This document shows, piece after piece, positions 27,807 to 38,700 of a stretch of 64,000 nt of DNA (position 1 is its first letter; each line of letters opens with the position of its first letter). The notes beneath the pieces were generated by a model, which saw only the letters and a list, made by a program, of their open reading frames with translations, made no database searches and was not told the DNA's origin. Both the position numbers and the translations under genes were made by a program. The DNA lies in contig DATKWZ010000030.1 in assembly GCA_035529315.1 (NCBI GenBank), forward strand, positions 67,825-131,824, read 5' to 3'. This stretch comes from Anaerolineae bacterium (GTDB lineage: Bacteria; Desulfobacterota; Desulfobacteria; Desulfobacterales; ETH-SRB1).

Positions 27807-29366
27807 TTGCAAAATCAAAAAATTAACAAACTAAAATTATGCTTGGCAATATTAAGCGGATTGCTCCTTACCGGCTCCTTCCCCAAACCCGGTATTAGTC
27901 TGCTTGCCTGGTTTGCCCTTGTTCCACTCCTGTTTGCCTTAAGAGATCTTTCTCCCAAAAGAGGTTTTATCCTTGGTTTTATTGCAGGGCTTGTTCATTA
28001 TCTGACACTTTTATACTGGCTTGTATATACAATGCATACATACGGTTATCTTCCCATGGTGCTATGCGTGTTTATACTTATTCTTGCTTCGGCCTTTCTT
28101 GCCCTTTACCTTGCGGCATTTTCAGCAACCCTGTTAAACTTATGCGCAAAGCCTGCGATTTGCATGTTTGCGGTTCCTGTTTTATGGGTTGCGTTTGAAT
28201 ATACGCGCAGCCTTTTTTTTCTCGCGTTTCCATGGGAACTTATCGGCTATTCCCAATATAATAATTTACCCCTTATACAGATTGCGGATATATTCGGCGT
28301 TTATGGCGTATCCTTTTTAATCGCCTTGTCAAATACAACAATTTATTTAACCCTTCTTTACTTAATTAAAAAAGACTGGAAAAGGGAGACTGTAACAAAA
28401 AAAACCGTTTTAGGATCAATATCTGTTTTTGCGCTGATTTTTGTCCTTGTATTGTCTTATGGAAAATGGCGGATAGATTCAATTGACAGACTTGTTTGCT
28501 CTTCTCCATCAATTAAAGCCGCAGTTGCTCAGGGGAATATTGATCAGGCTGTAAAATGGAATCCCGAATTTCAACGCTTAACTGTAAAAAAATATATTAA
28601 GCTTTCTTTTTTATCAAAAGCTGATAATCCCGACATTATTGTTTGGCCTGAAACCGCTACCCCTTTTTATTTCCTTTATGATATCGAGCTCTCAAACATG
28701 GTTAAAAAAGGGATTAATAATACAGGGACAACATTCCTGCTTGGCAGCCCTTCATTTGTTTCCGGAAAAGGGGTTATTAAATATTACAATACCGCTTACC
28801 TGGTCAGCCAGGATGGAAAGGTATGCGGCAAATATGACAAGGTGCGTCTTGTCCCTTTCGGAGAATACATCCCTTTTAATAAATGGTTGCCATTTGTCGG
28901 CAAAATGGTGGAAGGGGTTGGTGATTTCAAGCCTGGCATTAAAGGTAAAACCATTAAGTGGGGTGACTATAGTTTAGGTTTGCAGATCTGTTACGAGATT
29001 ATTTTTCCTGACCTTTCCAGAGCTATGGTAAAAAACAATGCGGCATTACTCATAAATATTACCAATGATGCGTGGTTTGGCACAACCAGCGCTCCTTATC
29101 AGCATTTTTCCATGGCAATATTTAGAGCTGTAGAAAACAGGCGAGCCCTTGTCAGGTCGGCCAATACAGGAATAAGCGGATTTATCGATCCTGTCGGCAG
29201 AATCATTGAAAAAACAGATCTTTTTAAGGAAGCGGTAGCTACACGTACTGTGCCTTTGATACAGATGACATCCTTTTATACCTGTTTCGGAGATCTGTTT
29301 GCCATAGCCTGTATGGTTGCAACAGCTATTTGCTATATGTTAAAATATGTTTATAATAGATCATAA
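27807..29366 (+). CDS. lnt: apolipoprotein N-acyltransferase
   Basis: 519 aa. A multi-TM N-terminal half is followed by a CN-hydrolase domain (IIVWPE, LQICYEIIFP). The TTG start is uncertain. Confidence 0.8.
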   Translation: MQNQKINKLKLCLAILSGLLLTGSFPKPGISLLAWFALVPLLFALRDLSPKRGFILGFIAGLVHYLTLLYWLVYTMHTYGYLPMVLCVFILILASAFLALYLAAFSATLLNLCAKPAICMFAVPVLWVAFEYTRSLFFLAFPWELIGYSQYNNLPLIQIADIFGVYGVSFLIALSNTTIYLTLLYLIKKDWKRETVTKKTVLGSISVFALIFVLVLSYGKWRIDSIDRLVCSSPSIKAAVAQGNIDQAVKWNPEFQRLTVKKYIKLSFLSKADNPDIIVWPETATPFYFLYDIELSNMVKKGINNTGTTFLLGSPSFVSGKGVIKYYNTAYLVSQDGKVCGKYDKVRLVPFGEYIPFNKWLPFVGKMVEGVGDFKPGIKGKTIKWGDYSLGLQICYEIIFPDLSRAMVKNNAALLINITNDAWFGTTSAPYQHFSMAIFRAVENRRALVRSANTGISGFIDPVGRIIEKTDLFKEAVATRTVPLIQMTSFYTCFGDLFAIACMVATAICYMLKYVYNRS

Positions 29367-29368
29367 GA

Positions 29369-29425
29369 GTTCACGGTTTACGGTTGAAAAACTGTGAACT
29401 GTGAACCTACAACCGTAAACCGTAA
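29369..29425. repeat. GTTCACGGTT-type palindromic repeat (hairpin)
   Basis: CACGGTTTACGGTTG (29372-29386) pairs with CAACCGTAAACCGT (29410-29423). The element lies between lnt and prfB. Confidence 0.65.
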
Positions 29426-29444
29426 TTATTATGGAGGAAATAAT

Positions 29445-30543
29445 ATGTCGATAGAACTTGAGCAAACAATAAAGGAACTTTTCGTAAAATTAGAACAATT
29501 GCGAGGCTATCTTTGACATTGCCGGCAAAGAAAAAAGGCTAAAGGAAATTGAGCACCTGATTGCAAAAAAGGATTTTTGGGACAATCCTGAAAATAATAA
29601 GGTTGTTTTAAAAGAGCGAACATCTATTTCCAATAAAATCGAAGGATGGAAAAGGCTCTACAATGACCTTGAAGAAAGTAAAATCCTGTTTGATCTTGCC
29701 AGGGAGGAATCAGATGCTGATACAGTTGAAGAAGCAATCCAGCAAGTTCAGGACATCAAGGAAAAAATAAAAAAATTTTCGCTTGGCCTGACCTTGAGCG
29801 CCGCAGACGACCAGAATAACGCTATTGTTTCAATTAACGCCGGAGCCGGTGGAACCGATGCCCAGGACTGGGCTGAGATGCTCTTTAGAATGTATACAAG
29901 ATGGGTTGAACGGAAAGGCTTTAAAATCAGTATGATCGATTATCAACCCGGTGATGAGGCAGGCATTAAAAGTGTTACCTTCACAGCAAGCGGAGAATAT
30001 GCGTACGGATACTTAAAAACAGAAAGCGGGGTGCACCGCCTGGTGAGAATTTCACCGTTTAATGCGAGCGGGAAACGGCAGACCTCCTTTGCTTCTGTAT
30101 TTGTCTATCCTGAGCTTGACAATGAAATCAAGATCGATATCGAGGATAAAGAGTTGCGTATAGATGTTTTCAGGGCAAGCGGCGCCGGAGGACAACATGT
30201 CAATAAAACAAGCAGTGCCGTCCGTATTACACACTATCCAAGCGGGATTGTTGTTCAGTGCCAGCAGGAAAAATCCCAGTACAGGAATAAAGAGATGGCT
30301 ATGAAGGTGTTAAAAGCCAGGCTTTACCAGCGTGAAAAGCTTAAGCAGGACGAAAAAATGCAAGATCTGCATGGAACCAAAGATGAAATAGCCTGGGGAA
30401 GCCAGATCAGATCATATATTTTGCAACCATATCAAATGGTTAAGGATCACAGAATAAATCTTGAGATCGGTGATGTAAACAATGTTCTGAACGGAGGGCT
30501 CGATCCTTTTATAGAAGGGGTGTTACTCGCAGGGAAAACCTAG
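29445..30543 (+). CDS. prfB: peptide chain release factor 2 (programmed +1 frameshift at 29511-29517)
   Basis: ATG 29445 follows a GGAGG. There are 23 codons to ..CGA GGC TAT CTT TGA C. Shifting +1 at CTT_TGA_C gives DIAGKEKRLKEIEHLIAKKDFWDNP.., which is in frame with ORF 29794..30543 (SPF, GGQHVNKT). The total is 365 aa. Confidence 0.9.
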
Positions 30544-30551
30544 TTTAAACT

Positions 30552-31118
30552 ATGGATTGTCTTGATATCATAAGTGAATATTACGAACAGGGCACCGTGC
30601 TGTATGAAATTCTCATACAGCACGGTGAAAATGTTGCAAAAAAGGCTCTTGATACAGCTAAAAATGTATCCCACCTAAATCCTGATCTTGATTTTATACA
30701 GCATGCCGCCATGCTCCATGACATCGGCATCTTCCTTACAAATATGCCAAAGCTGGGTTGTACTGGTAAACATCCTTATATATGTCACGGGTATCTGGGA
30801 CGCAACCTGCTGGAAAACAAAGGCATGCCCGAACTCGCGCTTGTATGTGAGCGGCATGTAGGCGTTGGAATAACGCCCGAAGATATAAGACATTATAACC
30901 TTCCGCTTCCTGAACGTAATATGGAACCTGTCTCAATAGAGGAACAGATTATATGCTATGCTGACAAGTTTTATTCCAAAAACAATGATTTTATCGCAAA
31001 GGAAAAATCTGTTGAAGATATCAAGCTCCTTCTTGAGCAATATGGTCATGATAAGGTTATGAAATTTCAGTCATGGGTTGATATGTTTGAAGGAGGTTCA
31101 GGTGTCAAAGCTGTTTGA
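30552..31118 (+). CDS. HD-domain phosphohydrolase
   Basis: 188 aa with ..AAMLHDIGIF.. and ..CERHVGVG... Confidence 0.7.
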   Translation: MDCLDIISEYYEQGTVLYEILIQHGENVAKKALDTAKNVSHLNPDLDFIQHAAMLHDIGIFLTNMPKLGCTGKHPYICHGYLGRNLLENKGMPELALVCERHVGVGITPEDIRHYNLPLPERNMEPVSIEEQIICYADKFYSKNNDFIAKEKSVEDIKLLLEQYGHDKVMKFQSWVDMFEGGSGVKAV

Positions 31119-32226
31119 AGCAACAAACATAAACGGCATGATTATTAAGAACCGGTTTGTCCGGTCCGCCACCTGGGAGGGACTGGCAGAAGATGACGGC
31201 ATGTGCACAGATAAGCTGATAAATTTAATGTGTAAATTGGTCGAAGGGGAGGTGGGCCTCATTATTACAGGTCATACTTATGTTCATAAAAAGGGGAAAG
31301 CAAGCCCCTGGCAGTTGGGCATATATGAAGACAGGCTTATTCCAGGGCTGCATGAAATGACAGATGCCGTGCATAAAAGGGGAGGCAAAATCGCGGTGCA
31401 GCTTGCGCATGCCGGCATGTATGCAAACACCGGCATTAAAGGGGATATACCTTTTGCCCCTTCACTTGTCAGTGGTTTTAGAAAATCTGCGGTACAGGAG
31501 ATGATGCCGCAGGACATACAGGACGTAATTGAAGCATTCGGCCTGGCGGCACAACGGGCAAAAAAAGCCGGTTTTGACGGTGTTCAGATTCATGCGGCAC
31601 ACGGGTATCTTTTGAGTCAATTCCTTTCTCCCGCCTTTAATAAACGGCAGGATAAATATGGGGGAGACATTGAAAACAGAGCCAATATCCTAATTGAGAT
31701 TTTGAGCGGTATAAGAAAGCAGGTCGGGAATAATTATCCTGTGCTGATTAAAATGAACTCATGTGATTTTCTTGAACAAGGGCTTGAACTTGATGATTCA
31801 TTGATAGTCGGAGCTATCCTGAAAAAGGCGGGTATAGACGCTATTGAATTAAGCGGCGGCACTATTGCATCAGGAAAGAAAGGGCCTGTAAGAACAGGAA
31901 TTGTATCAGGGAAAAATGAGGCTTATTTCAAGGACGCAGCTTCTGTGTTTAAGGAAAAGATTGATCTTCCGATAATGCTTGTGGGTGGAATCAGGTCTTT
32001 TTCTCTTGCACAACAGTTAGTTAACGATAATATCGCGGATTATATATCCATGAGCAGGCCGTTTATCAGAGAGCCTGGTCTGATAAAACGCTGGAAGGCC
32101 GGAGATCATAATCAAGCTGCCTGCCTTTCCGACAGCAAGTGCTTTATTCCAGCCATGAACGGCAAGGGAATATATTGTGTGGTAGGAGCTAAACAAAAAC
32201 AATGCAAAAGATTGCCGGACAATTAA
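31102..32226 (+). CDS. NADH:flavin oxidoreductase (Old Yellow Enzyme family)
   Basis: ..VQIHAAHGYLLSQFLSP.. is present. GTG 31102 sits 5 nt after AGGAGG and is preferred over ATG 31078. Confidence 0.75.
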   Translation: MSKLFEATNINGMIIKNRFVRSATWEGLAEDDGMCTDKLINLMCKLVEGEVGLIITGHTYVHKKGKASPWQLGIYEDRLIPGLHEMTDAVHKRGGKIAVQLAHAGMYANTGIKGDIPFAPSLVSGFRKSAVQEMMPQDIQDVIEAFGLAAQRAKKAGFDGVQIHAAHGYLLSQFLSPAFNKRQDKYGGDIENRANILIEILSGIRKQVGNNYPVLIKMNSCDFLEQGLELDDSLIVGAILKKAGIDAIELSGGTIASGKKGPVRTGIVSGKNEAYFKDAASVFKEKIDLPIMLVGGIRSFSLAQQLVNDNIADYISMSRPFIREPGLIKRWKAGDHNQAACLSDSKCFIPAMNGKGIYCVVGAKQKQCKRLPDN

Positions 32227-32702
32227 TAATATATGTTTTGTTAATAATAGGTTCAACCATTGCTTTGCCGGAAATTTTATCAACCGCTCATGCTGAACCT
32301 GCTGACAGGATAATTGTTGAAAGTATCACCCCTGCTGCTTTTGACAAGATTATCGCGGACAGAGAAAACCGGTATTTGATTGTTTTTATGACATCATGGT
32401 GCGGCCCTTGCAGAGAAGAGTTGCCCGGATTAATTAATCTGAACAACAAGTATAAGGGCCGTGGCCTCAAAATAATCGGTATAAGTATCGACTTTGATGG
32501 GCCAATGGCCATGCAGCCGATTATTGACAAGGTGCGTGTTAATTTTCTTGTATATTGGATCAACGAAGAAGCAGCAAAAAAATATAATATTTATGCCGTG
32601 CCGATGATTTTTTTAGTCAAAGAAGGCGAGATAGTTGAAAAAATTGTCGGAATACGATCAGAAAAGTTTCTGGATAAGAAATTGGCAGATTTTCTGGGAT
32701 AA
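32202..32702 (+). CDS. TlpA-like exported thioredoxin-fold protein
   Basis: 166 aa with a signal-peptide-like N-terminus and the WCGPC active site. Confidence 0.75.
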   Translation: MQKIAGQLIIYVLLIIGSTIALPEILSTAHAEPADRIIVESITPAAFDKIIADRENRYLIVFMTSWCGPCREELPGLINLNNKYKGRGLKIIGISIDFDGPMAMQPIIDKVRVNFLVYWINEEAAKKYNIYAVPMIFLVKEGEIVEKIVGIRSEKFLDKKLADFLG

Positions 32703-32716
32703 AAGGGTTAAGCCTG

Positions 32717-33655
32717 TTACTCGCTACTTGTTGCTTGTTGCTGGTTACTGGTTCTCTCTGGCATCCGACCTTTGATTTCTGATCTTCGTTCTTCAGGACT
32801 TATGACCGTCATGCCGGCAATCTCATAGGAGATAGCCCCAAAACCACATGATTCATTGAGGCATTTCAGGCATCTGATACAATCATGCTGGTTGGGCCCT
32901 TCATAGAACTTAATCCCCATTGGACAATTGTTGTAACATTCCCGGCAGTGTGTGCATTTATCAGAATTGTAAACCATCCTGAACACGCTGTGTTTATTAA
33001 AAAGGGAATAAATAGCTCCCAAAGGACATGCTACACGACAAAACGGTCTGCGGCTCAATATCATCCATATGATGAAAATGAACAATATCGTCAACTTAAA
33101 GTAAAATAGCACCCCTATTGACTCTTTTAGTTCAGGTTGTAGAATCATCAACGGAAGACCGGCCTCCATGGTCCCGGCAGGGCATATAAACTTGCAAAAC
33201 CATGTCATCCCGTAGCCATAGTCATCTATAACCAGCGCGGGAAGAATAAAAATAAACAGCGCCAGAAACAGATACTTCATATATGTTGGAATTTTAGGGA
33301 TCTCGAACTTTGGTGAAGGGATTTTATGAATTAATTCCTGCAGTAAACCAAAAGGACAAATCCAGCCGCAGGGCATGCGTCCCACCAGGCTTCCAATCAG
33401 TCCCAGTGTTCCGATAATATATGTGCCAAAATGGTAATGACCTGCTTTAACAGCCGGCCTCAAACCGGCTATTATATTCTGTAATGAACCAAGCGGGCAT
33501 GCACCTGTCGCAGCAGGGCAGGAATAACAGTTAAGACCGGGCACACATATTGATTTAAGCGTGCCCTGATATATTCCTTTTGTGTGTGGAAACAACCAGT
33601 AGGCATTACTTAAAGCAGTTGCAATGATCTGTATCCATCGCCTTAAAACCCGCAT
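32717..33655 (-). CDS. NapH/MauN-type membrane 4Fe-4S protein
   Basis: 312 aa with several TM segments. CxxCP-type motifs are present (CYSCPAATGACPLG, GWICPFG, CPAG, CPLG), plus a C-terminal 2x CxxCxxC ferredoxin part. Confidence 0.75.
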   Translation of the reverse strand: MRVLRRWIQIIATALSNAYWLFPHTKGIYQGTLKSICVPGLNCYSCPAATGACPLGSLQNIIAGLRPAVKAGHYHFGTYIIGTLGLIGSLVGRMPCGWICPFGLLQELIHKIPSPKFEIPKIPTYMKYLFLALFIFILPALVIDDYGYGMTWFCKFICPAGTMEAGLPLMILQPELKESIGVLFYFKLTILFIFIIWMILSRRPFCRVACPLGAIYSLFNKHSVFRMVYNSDKCTHCRECYNNCPMGIKFYEGPNQHDCIRCLKCLNESCGFGAISYEIAGMTVISPEERRSEIKGRMPERTSNQQQATSSE

Positions 33656-33804
33656 TATCCAATCCCCATACAGTCCAGGCAGATCCTGGCCGCTTTTCCC
33701 ATGACCGTTGAGACTTCGCCAAGGTTAATACCAATGAGAATAAGGATAAGAAAAAGTATAATCAATAAAAAAGGAAATGTTCTTTTGGGGGAAGTCATAG
33801 CCAT
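33655..33804 (-). CDS. 49-aa single-TM CXXC protein (absent from the ORF track)
   Basis: Hand translation gives MAMTSPKRTFPFLLIILFLILILIGINLGEVSTVMGKAARICLDCMGIG. Its stop overlaps the downstream start (TAATG). From memory it resembles the small proteins annotated as 'CD1871A family CXXC motif' that precede such 4Fe-4S proteins. Confidence 0.55.
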   Translation of the reverse strand: MAMTSPKRTFPFLLIILFLILILIGINLGEVSTVMGKAARICLDCMGIG

Positions 33805-33927
33805 CTTACCACATTCTCTGTGTTTTCTGCGGTGAAAAACAGACTTTCGAACAACTTGGTTGTTTTGGTCTGCAGTGCCCTAAATCGGCATAATGTAGCT
33901 TTTTACGAAACTGTTAATTTTGAGGAA

Positions 33928-34806
33928 CTAAGCAAAATCTATTCCGCTTTCATACTTCGCTTCCTTACCCTTTATGTCAAGATGCAGCGTCGCCACCTGT
34001 TCAAGGGGAGGATATATAATACGCTCTGTTTTTCTTGTATCTATGTTTTTGATATATTTTTTACATTTGTCGCACAGATCAACCCTGTATTCCTTTTCTT
34101 CTTCACTGTATAAATAGCTGAGTGTCTTGCTGTCCGTATTGTCACAAAATGGGCAGTACAGTCTTCTGGACGACCATTTGTGCGCGCAGAAACCGCATAG
34201 CAGAAAGCGCTCCCCCCCTTCTCCTTCAAACATTGAAAACACAGGAGGACTTCCGCAAATGGGGCAGTATCCTTTTGTCCAGGGCTGATTCTTATTAAGA
34301 CAGGTTGAAAGTTGCTGAGCACACATTGATAAAGATGGTTTTATGCTGTTGTAAATGATAAAGGCAAGGTCACCTTTTTTTATATCATGTTTCTTTGCGG
34401 TTTTTTCAAAAACAGAGTCATCCTCTTCGAGAAGACCGGAAAACAGAGAGTCAAAATCAAATTCTTCTGCGTCAACAGCTTTTAGTATTGCCCGGGCGGA
34501 AGAGGCCATGTCTCCGCTTGATGCTTTTATTATCCCGCAAATTTTTATTAAAAGCATCTTGGATGCTTTAGCATCAATTGCAAATTCAGACAGATTTACC
34601 AGGGGAAACTCTTCATCGGCCTTTATTAAAAGCATCTCCTCCGGAATCTGTATCGGGTCGATCTGTATCTTGTCTTTGGAATCTTCCTGGGCAATAAAGA
34701 TTTGTTTGTAAAAATCTAAAATAGCTCCATAAGCAGGCCTAAGCTGCTTTAATGACTCTGCGGCCTTTGTTATCTGATCTTCGGTAAGTTGAATGTTATC
34801 TGCCAT
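33928..34806 (-). CDS. fdhE: formate dehydrogenase accessory protein FdhE
   Basis: 292 aa with four CxxC pairs (CPICGS, CGFCAHKW, CPFCDN, CDKCKKY). Confidence 0.8.
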   Translation of the reverse strand: MADNIQLTEDQITKAAESLKQLRPAYGAILDFYKQIFIAQEDSKDKIQIDPIQIPEEMLLIKADEEFPLVNLSEFAIDAKASKMLLIKICGIIKASSGDMASSARAILKAVDAEEFDFDSLFSGLLEEDDSVFEKTAKKHDIKKGDLAFIIYNSIKPSLSMCAQQLSTCLNKNQPWTKGYCPICGSPPVFSMFEGEGGERFLLCGFCAHKWSSRRLYCPFCDNTDSKTLSYLYSEEEKEYRVDLCDKCKKYIKNIDTRKTERIIYPPLEQVATLHLDIKGKEAKYESGIDFA

Positions 34807-34977
34807 GTGCTCTCCTGTTCAGATGTTTTCAAGTGGTTGTTATTATGTGAACAAATAGATTTTCATGTTGAGTGTTCTCAAAGGCCTCTTATTTCTTATC
34901 ACATTTGTTTGCAACATAAAAGGGGAGAAGATAAAAATCCCCTCCCCTTTTATAGTTACCGACTTAATTAGATTTAA

Positions 34978-35697
34978 TTAAAGCAGACGCGAAGTAATAT
35001 TCGTCAACGGGCGAATCATCCGCTTTAATGCCATCTGCCTTGTAATGCTGAAGTCAGCATTTGAGGCCATGGCATTCTTGCAATACAGTTTCGGCTCATA
35101 AGCTACAAGATAAATAACACTTACAGTATCTTCATCTATCAGCATGGCCTTTGGATTGGTCTTTTTAACCTCTCCAAGACGCTTTTTTGCAAGACCGAGC
35201 ATTTCATCCCGGTCGCCGAAATTCATGGCGCCTGTCGGGCATGTCTTGACACATGCCGGAGGCAGTCCGTTTTCAACCCTGTCTAAGCACATATCGCACT
35301 TGGCAAGTGTGCCGTCGGCTGCTTTCCGCGGAATATTATAAGGACATGCTTCAATAATGGCCGCAGCGTCCAAACGTTTGGTGTTTGCCGTAAATATAAT
35401 GGCACCTGTCTTATCATCCCTGAATATAGCGCCCGGATCTCCCGCTGTTTCAAGGCAGGGTGCCTCAATACAGTGACGGCACTGTTCAGGAAAGAAGAGC
35501 CAGTTTAACTTTCCGTCAATAACCTGCTCACGCATTCTAACCACTTTATAAGTTATAAAGGATAGATCTGCGGGGTTTTCGTAAGTTCCACGGTTTGTAG
35601 TTATTTCTGCGGGAAGGTTATGCCATTGCTTACAGGCTACCTGACATCCTCTGCAGGCCGTGCAAATAGTCGTATCTACGAAAAAAGACTTACTCAT
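34978..35697 (-). CDS. fdhB: formate dehydrogenase iron-sulfur subunit
   Basis: 239 aa with CTACRGCQVACK and further 4Fe-4S Cys clusters. It lies directly downstream of the catalytic subunit. Confidence 0.8.
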   Translation of the reverse strand: MSKSFFVDTTICTACRGCQVACKQWHNLPAEITTNRGTYENPADLSFITYKVVRMREQVIDGKLNWLFFPEQCRHCIEAPCLETAGDPGAIFRDDKTGAIIFTANTKRLDAAAIIEACPYNIPRKAADGTLAKCDMCLDRVENGLPPACVKTCPTGAMNFGDRDEMLGLAKKRLGEVKKTNPKAMLIDEDTVSVIYLVAYEPKLYCKNAMASNADFSITRQMALKRMIRPLTNITSRLL

Positions 35698-35711
35698 TCA
35701 GATCACCTCCC

Positions 35712-38700
35712 TTATTTTTTGGTTATATTGACCATAAAGGCCTTGGTTTCAGGTATCCTGGTGTTTGGATCACCGGTAGATGGAGTGAGCAGATTTGCGC
35801 TCTCCTCTGTGCCGCTTTCAGGCCATCTCCATCCAAAATGCCATGGAATACCGACCTGATGTACAACATTTTCACCTATGTTGAATGGCTTAAAGCGCTT
35901 TGTTACAATAGCCGTACAGTCAAGGGCACCACGAGCAGATGAGACACTGACCCGTTCTCCATTATTAATGCCTTTAAGTTTGGCAAGCTCCTCGCTCATT
36001 TCAACAAAGACCTGTGGCTGAAGTTCGAGCAGCCAAGGCTGTGGACGCGTCATAAGGCCTGTCTGCCAGTGTTCTGACACACGATATGTCGTGCCTACAA
36101 ACGGGAACCTTGGATCGCATGAAGCATAAGCATCCGCAGCTGTCCCGTAAACAGGCGCTACCGGACTCATGCGCTGCTTACTCATAAGGTTCTTTTCAAC
36201 AGGACACTCAAGAGGCTCGTAATGTTCCGGGAACGGACCATCAGCGAGGCCCGGGCCGAATATCTGCCCATGTCCATGCTTTCTCATGATAAAAGGATGT
36301 TTTGAATCCGCTCTCTTTGTTCCGTCAGGATTTTCAAGAGGATACCATCCACCGTCCGGAACATCTCCGACCCACTTATTTGAGACATACTTGCCGTCCT
36401 TGGCATCGCCTGCGAATTTGATAACCCAGTCTTTTTTGTCCCAAGGCTGTCCTTTGAGATCGACTGAAGCGCGGTTGTAAATAATTCTCCTGTTTACAGG
36501 CCAGCACCATGCAAACTCAGGATACAGACCGATGTTGTTCGGTGCATCTACTTTGCTGCGCCTTGCTGACATGTTTCCCTTTTCCGTGTAGCTGTTGCAG
36601 TAGAGCCAGTTCGCTGATGAGGTTGAACCGTCAGCCTGCAGAAAAGCAAAGCTCGGAACAAGGGTTCCCTTTTTGTAAAGTTTATCTTTTATGGTAACAT
36701 CTTCCACGAAGTAGCCGTTGGTCTCTTTAGCTACCTTGTGCGGATCATACAGGCCGTCCGTCGTATAATCCCATTTCAGGTTGAGTATGGGCTCGGTAAA
36801 AGCGCCGCCTTTTTCATAAATCTCTTTGATCTTCTGGCCGAGCTCCATTATGATGTCTCCGTCAGAAAGGCTGTTTCCAAGCGGTTTCGGCCCCTGATAG
36901 CGCCACTGCATCCATCTGCCGCTGTTGGTAATACTTCCTTCCTTTTCAACAGACACACATGCCGGAAGCATAAAGACTTCGGTCTTTATTGTGGAAGGAT
37001 TCATGCCAGGACCTTTCCAGAAGGAGCCGGTTTCATTGTCAAAAAGGTTGACGTTAACCATCCAGTCAAGGTTTTTCATGGCCTCGCGGACTTTTCCGGC
37101 ATTGGAGCTACTACAGGCCGGATTCTGACCCCAGGCAAAGAAACCATTAACAGTGCCCTTGTACATTACATCAAAGAGGCTCAACCAGGAATAATCGGTC
37201 CCATCCTCAACCTTAGGCAGCCAGTCATACCCAAAATCGTTTGCCTTTGTGGCCTTTTCACCAAAGAACGATTTCAGAAGGCTGACAGAATATTTTGGAT
37301 AATTCTGCCACCAGTTGGCTGAAAGCGGATCATTGCTCTTTGGAGTCCACTTTTTGTTATACTCGGCAAGAGACACATTTGAAGCCCTCGGTGTTTTAAG
37401 ATATCCGGGCCAGATGTGCCACAGCAGACACTGATCTGTGGAACCCTGAACATTTGACTCGCCTCGCAGAGCATTAATACCACCGCCTGCAACACCCATG
37501 TTGCCAAGAAGAAGCTGTATTATCGCCATTGTCCGGATATTCTGGACGCCTACTGTATGCTGAGTCCAACCCATGGCATACATGGATGTGCCGGCTTTTC
37601 CTGTAGCGCCGGTAGCAGCATAAACCTTGTAAACTTTCAGGAGATCGGCTTCCGGGGTTCCGGTAATAGAGGAAACCAGCTTTGTATTATACCTGCTGTA
37701 ATGTTGTTTTAAAAGATTCAGTACGCAACGGCTGTTTTTTAAAGAACGGTCTAACATGGGTACACCGTTTGCGTCCATATCAAAAGACCATTTGCCCTTG
37801 TCATATTTACTGTTTTTTGCTTCATAGCCGGAAAACAGACCATCGCTAAATTTAAAGTCCTTTCCAACTATAAAGGGGGCGTTTGTATAATTGGCCACAT
37901 ACTCTTTATTATAGAGATTGTTGTCCACTATATACTTTATCATACCACCAAGAAAGGCAATATCCGTACCTGAACGCATAGGAGCGTAGATATCGGCCTT
38001 TGAAGATGTTCTTGTAAACCTTGGATCAACACTGATGAGCGTTGCGCCATTTTGTTGAGCCTCGGTAACATACTTGAATGATATGGGGTGATTTTCTGCA
38101 GCATTACTCCCCATGATAAGTATGCAATCGCTGTTTTTGATGTCAATCCAGTGATTTGTCATTGCGCCGCGTCCGAACGACTCTGCCAGAGCCGCAACAG
38201 TAGCGCTATGTCAGATACGGGCCTGATGTTCAATATAGACAAGTCCGAGCGCTCGCATCAGCGCCTGGTAAATCCAGCACTCCTCATTGTCCATGGCAGC
38301 GCTTCCTACCGAAACAATGTTTGTCGTCCGGTTTACCACCTGCCCTTTGGCATTTTTGTGTTCAAATGCCGCATCCCTTGTTTCCTTAACCCTTTTGGCG
38401 ATTTGGGTTAGCGCCCAGTCCCAGGAAACCTTTTTCCACTCTTTAGCATACGGCGCTCTGTACATGGGTTCAACAAGCCTATTTTCATTCTCGGTCAGCT
38501 GAGAAATTGAAGCTCCCTTTGAACAGAGCGAACCCCTGCTGATGACATGGTCCGGGTCACCTTCGATGTTGATGACACGTCCGTCGCCTTTCTTGCTGGT
38601 ATGCACAATAGCACCGCATCCCACCGCGCAATAGCAGCAGATTGTGGTGGTCTCCTTGGCATACTTTGTCTTGAGCATCTGCGCATGGGCTTTGATCGGC

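Noticed and set aside
33820-34113. ORFs 33820..34113 (+) and 55444..55686 (+)
   Set aside because: The first overlaps the fdhE 3' end and a MITE remnant. The second is intergenic, low in complexity and has no SD.
38163-38213. Reading fdhA as two genes or as a pseudogene split at 38211
   Set aside because: The stop is a TGA, and the frame continues without interruption through the conserved U-H..FGRGAMTN context. Selenocysteine is the simpler reading.
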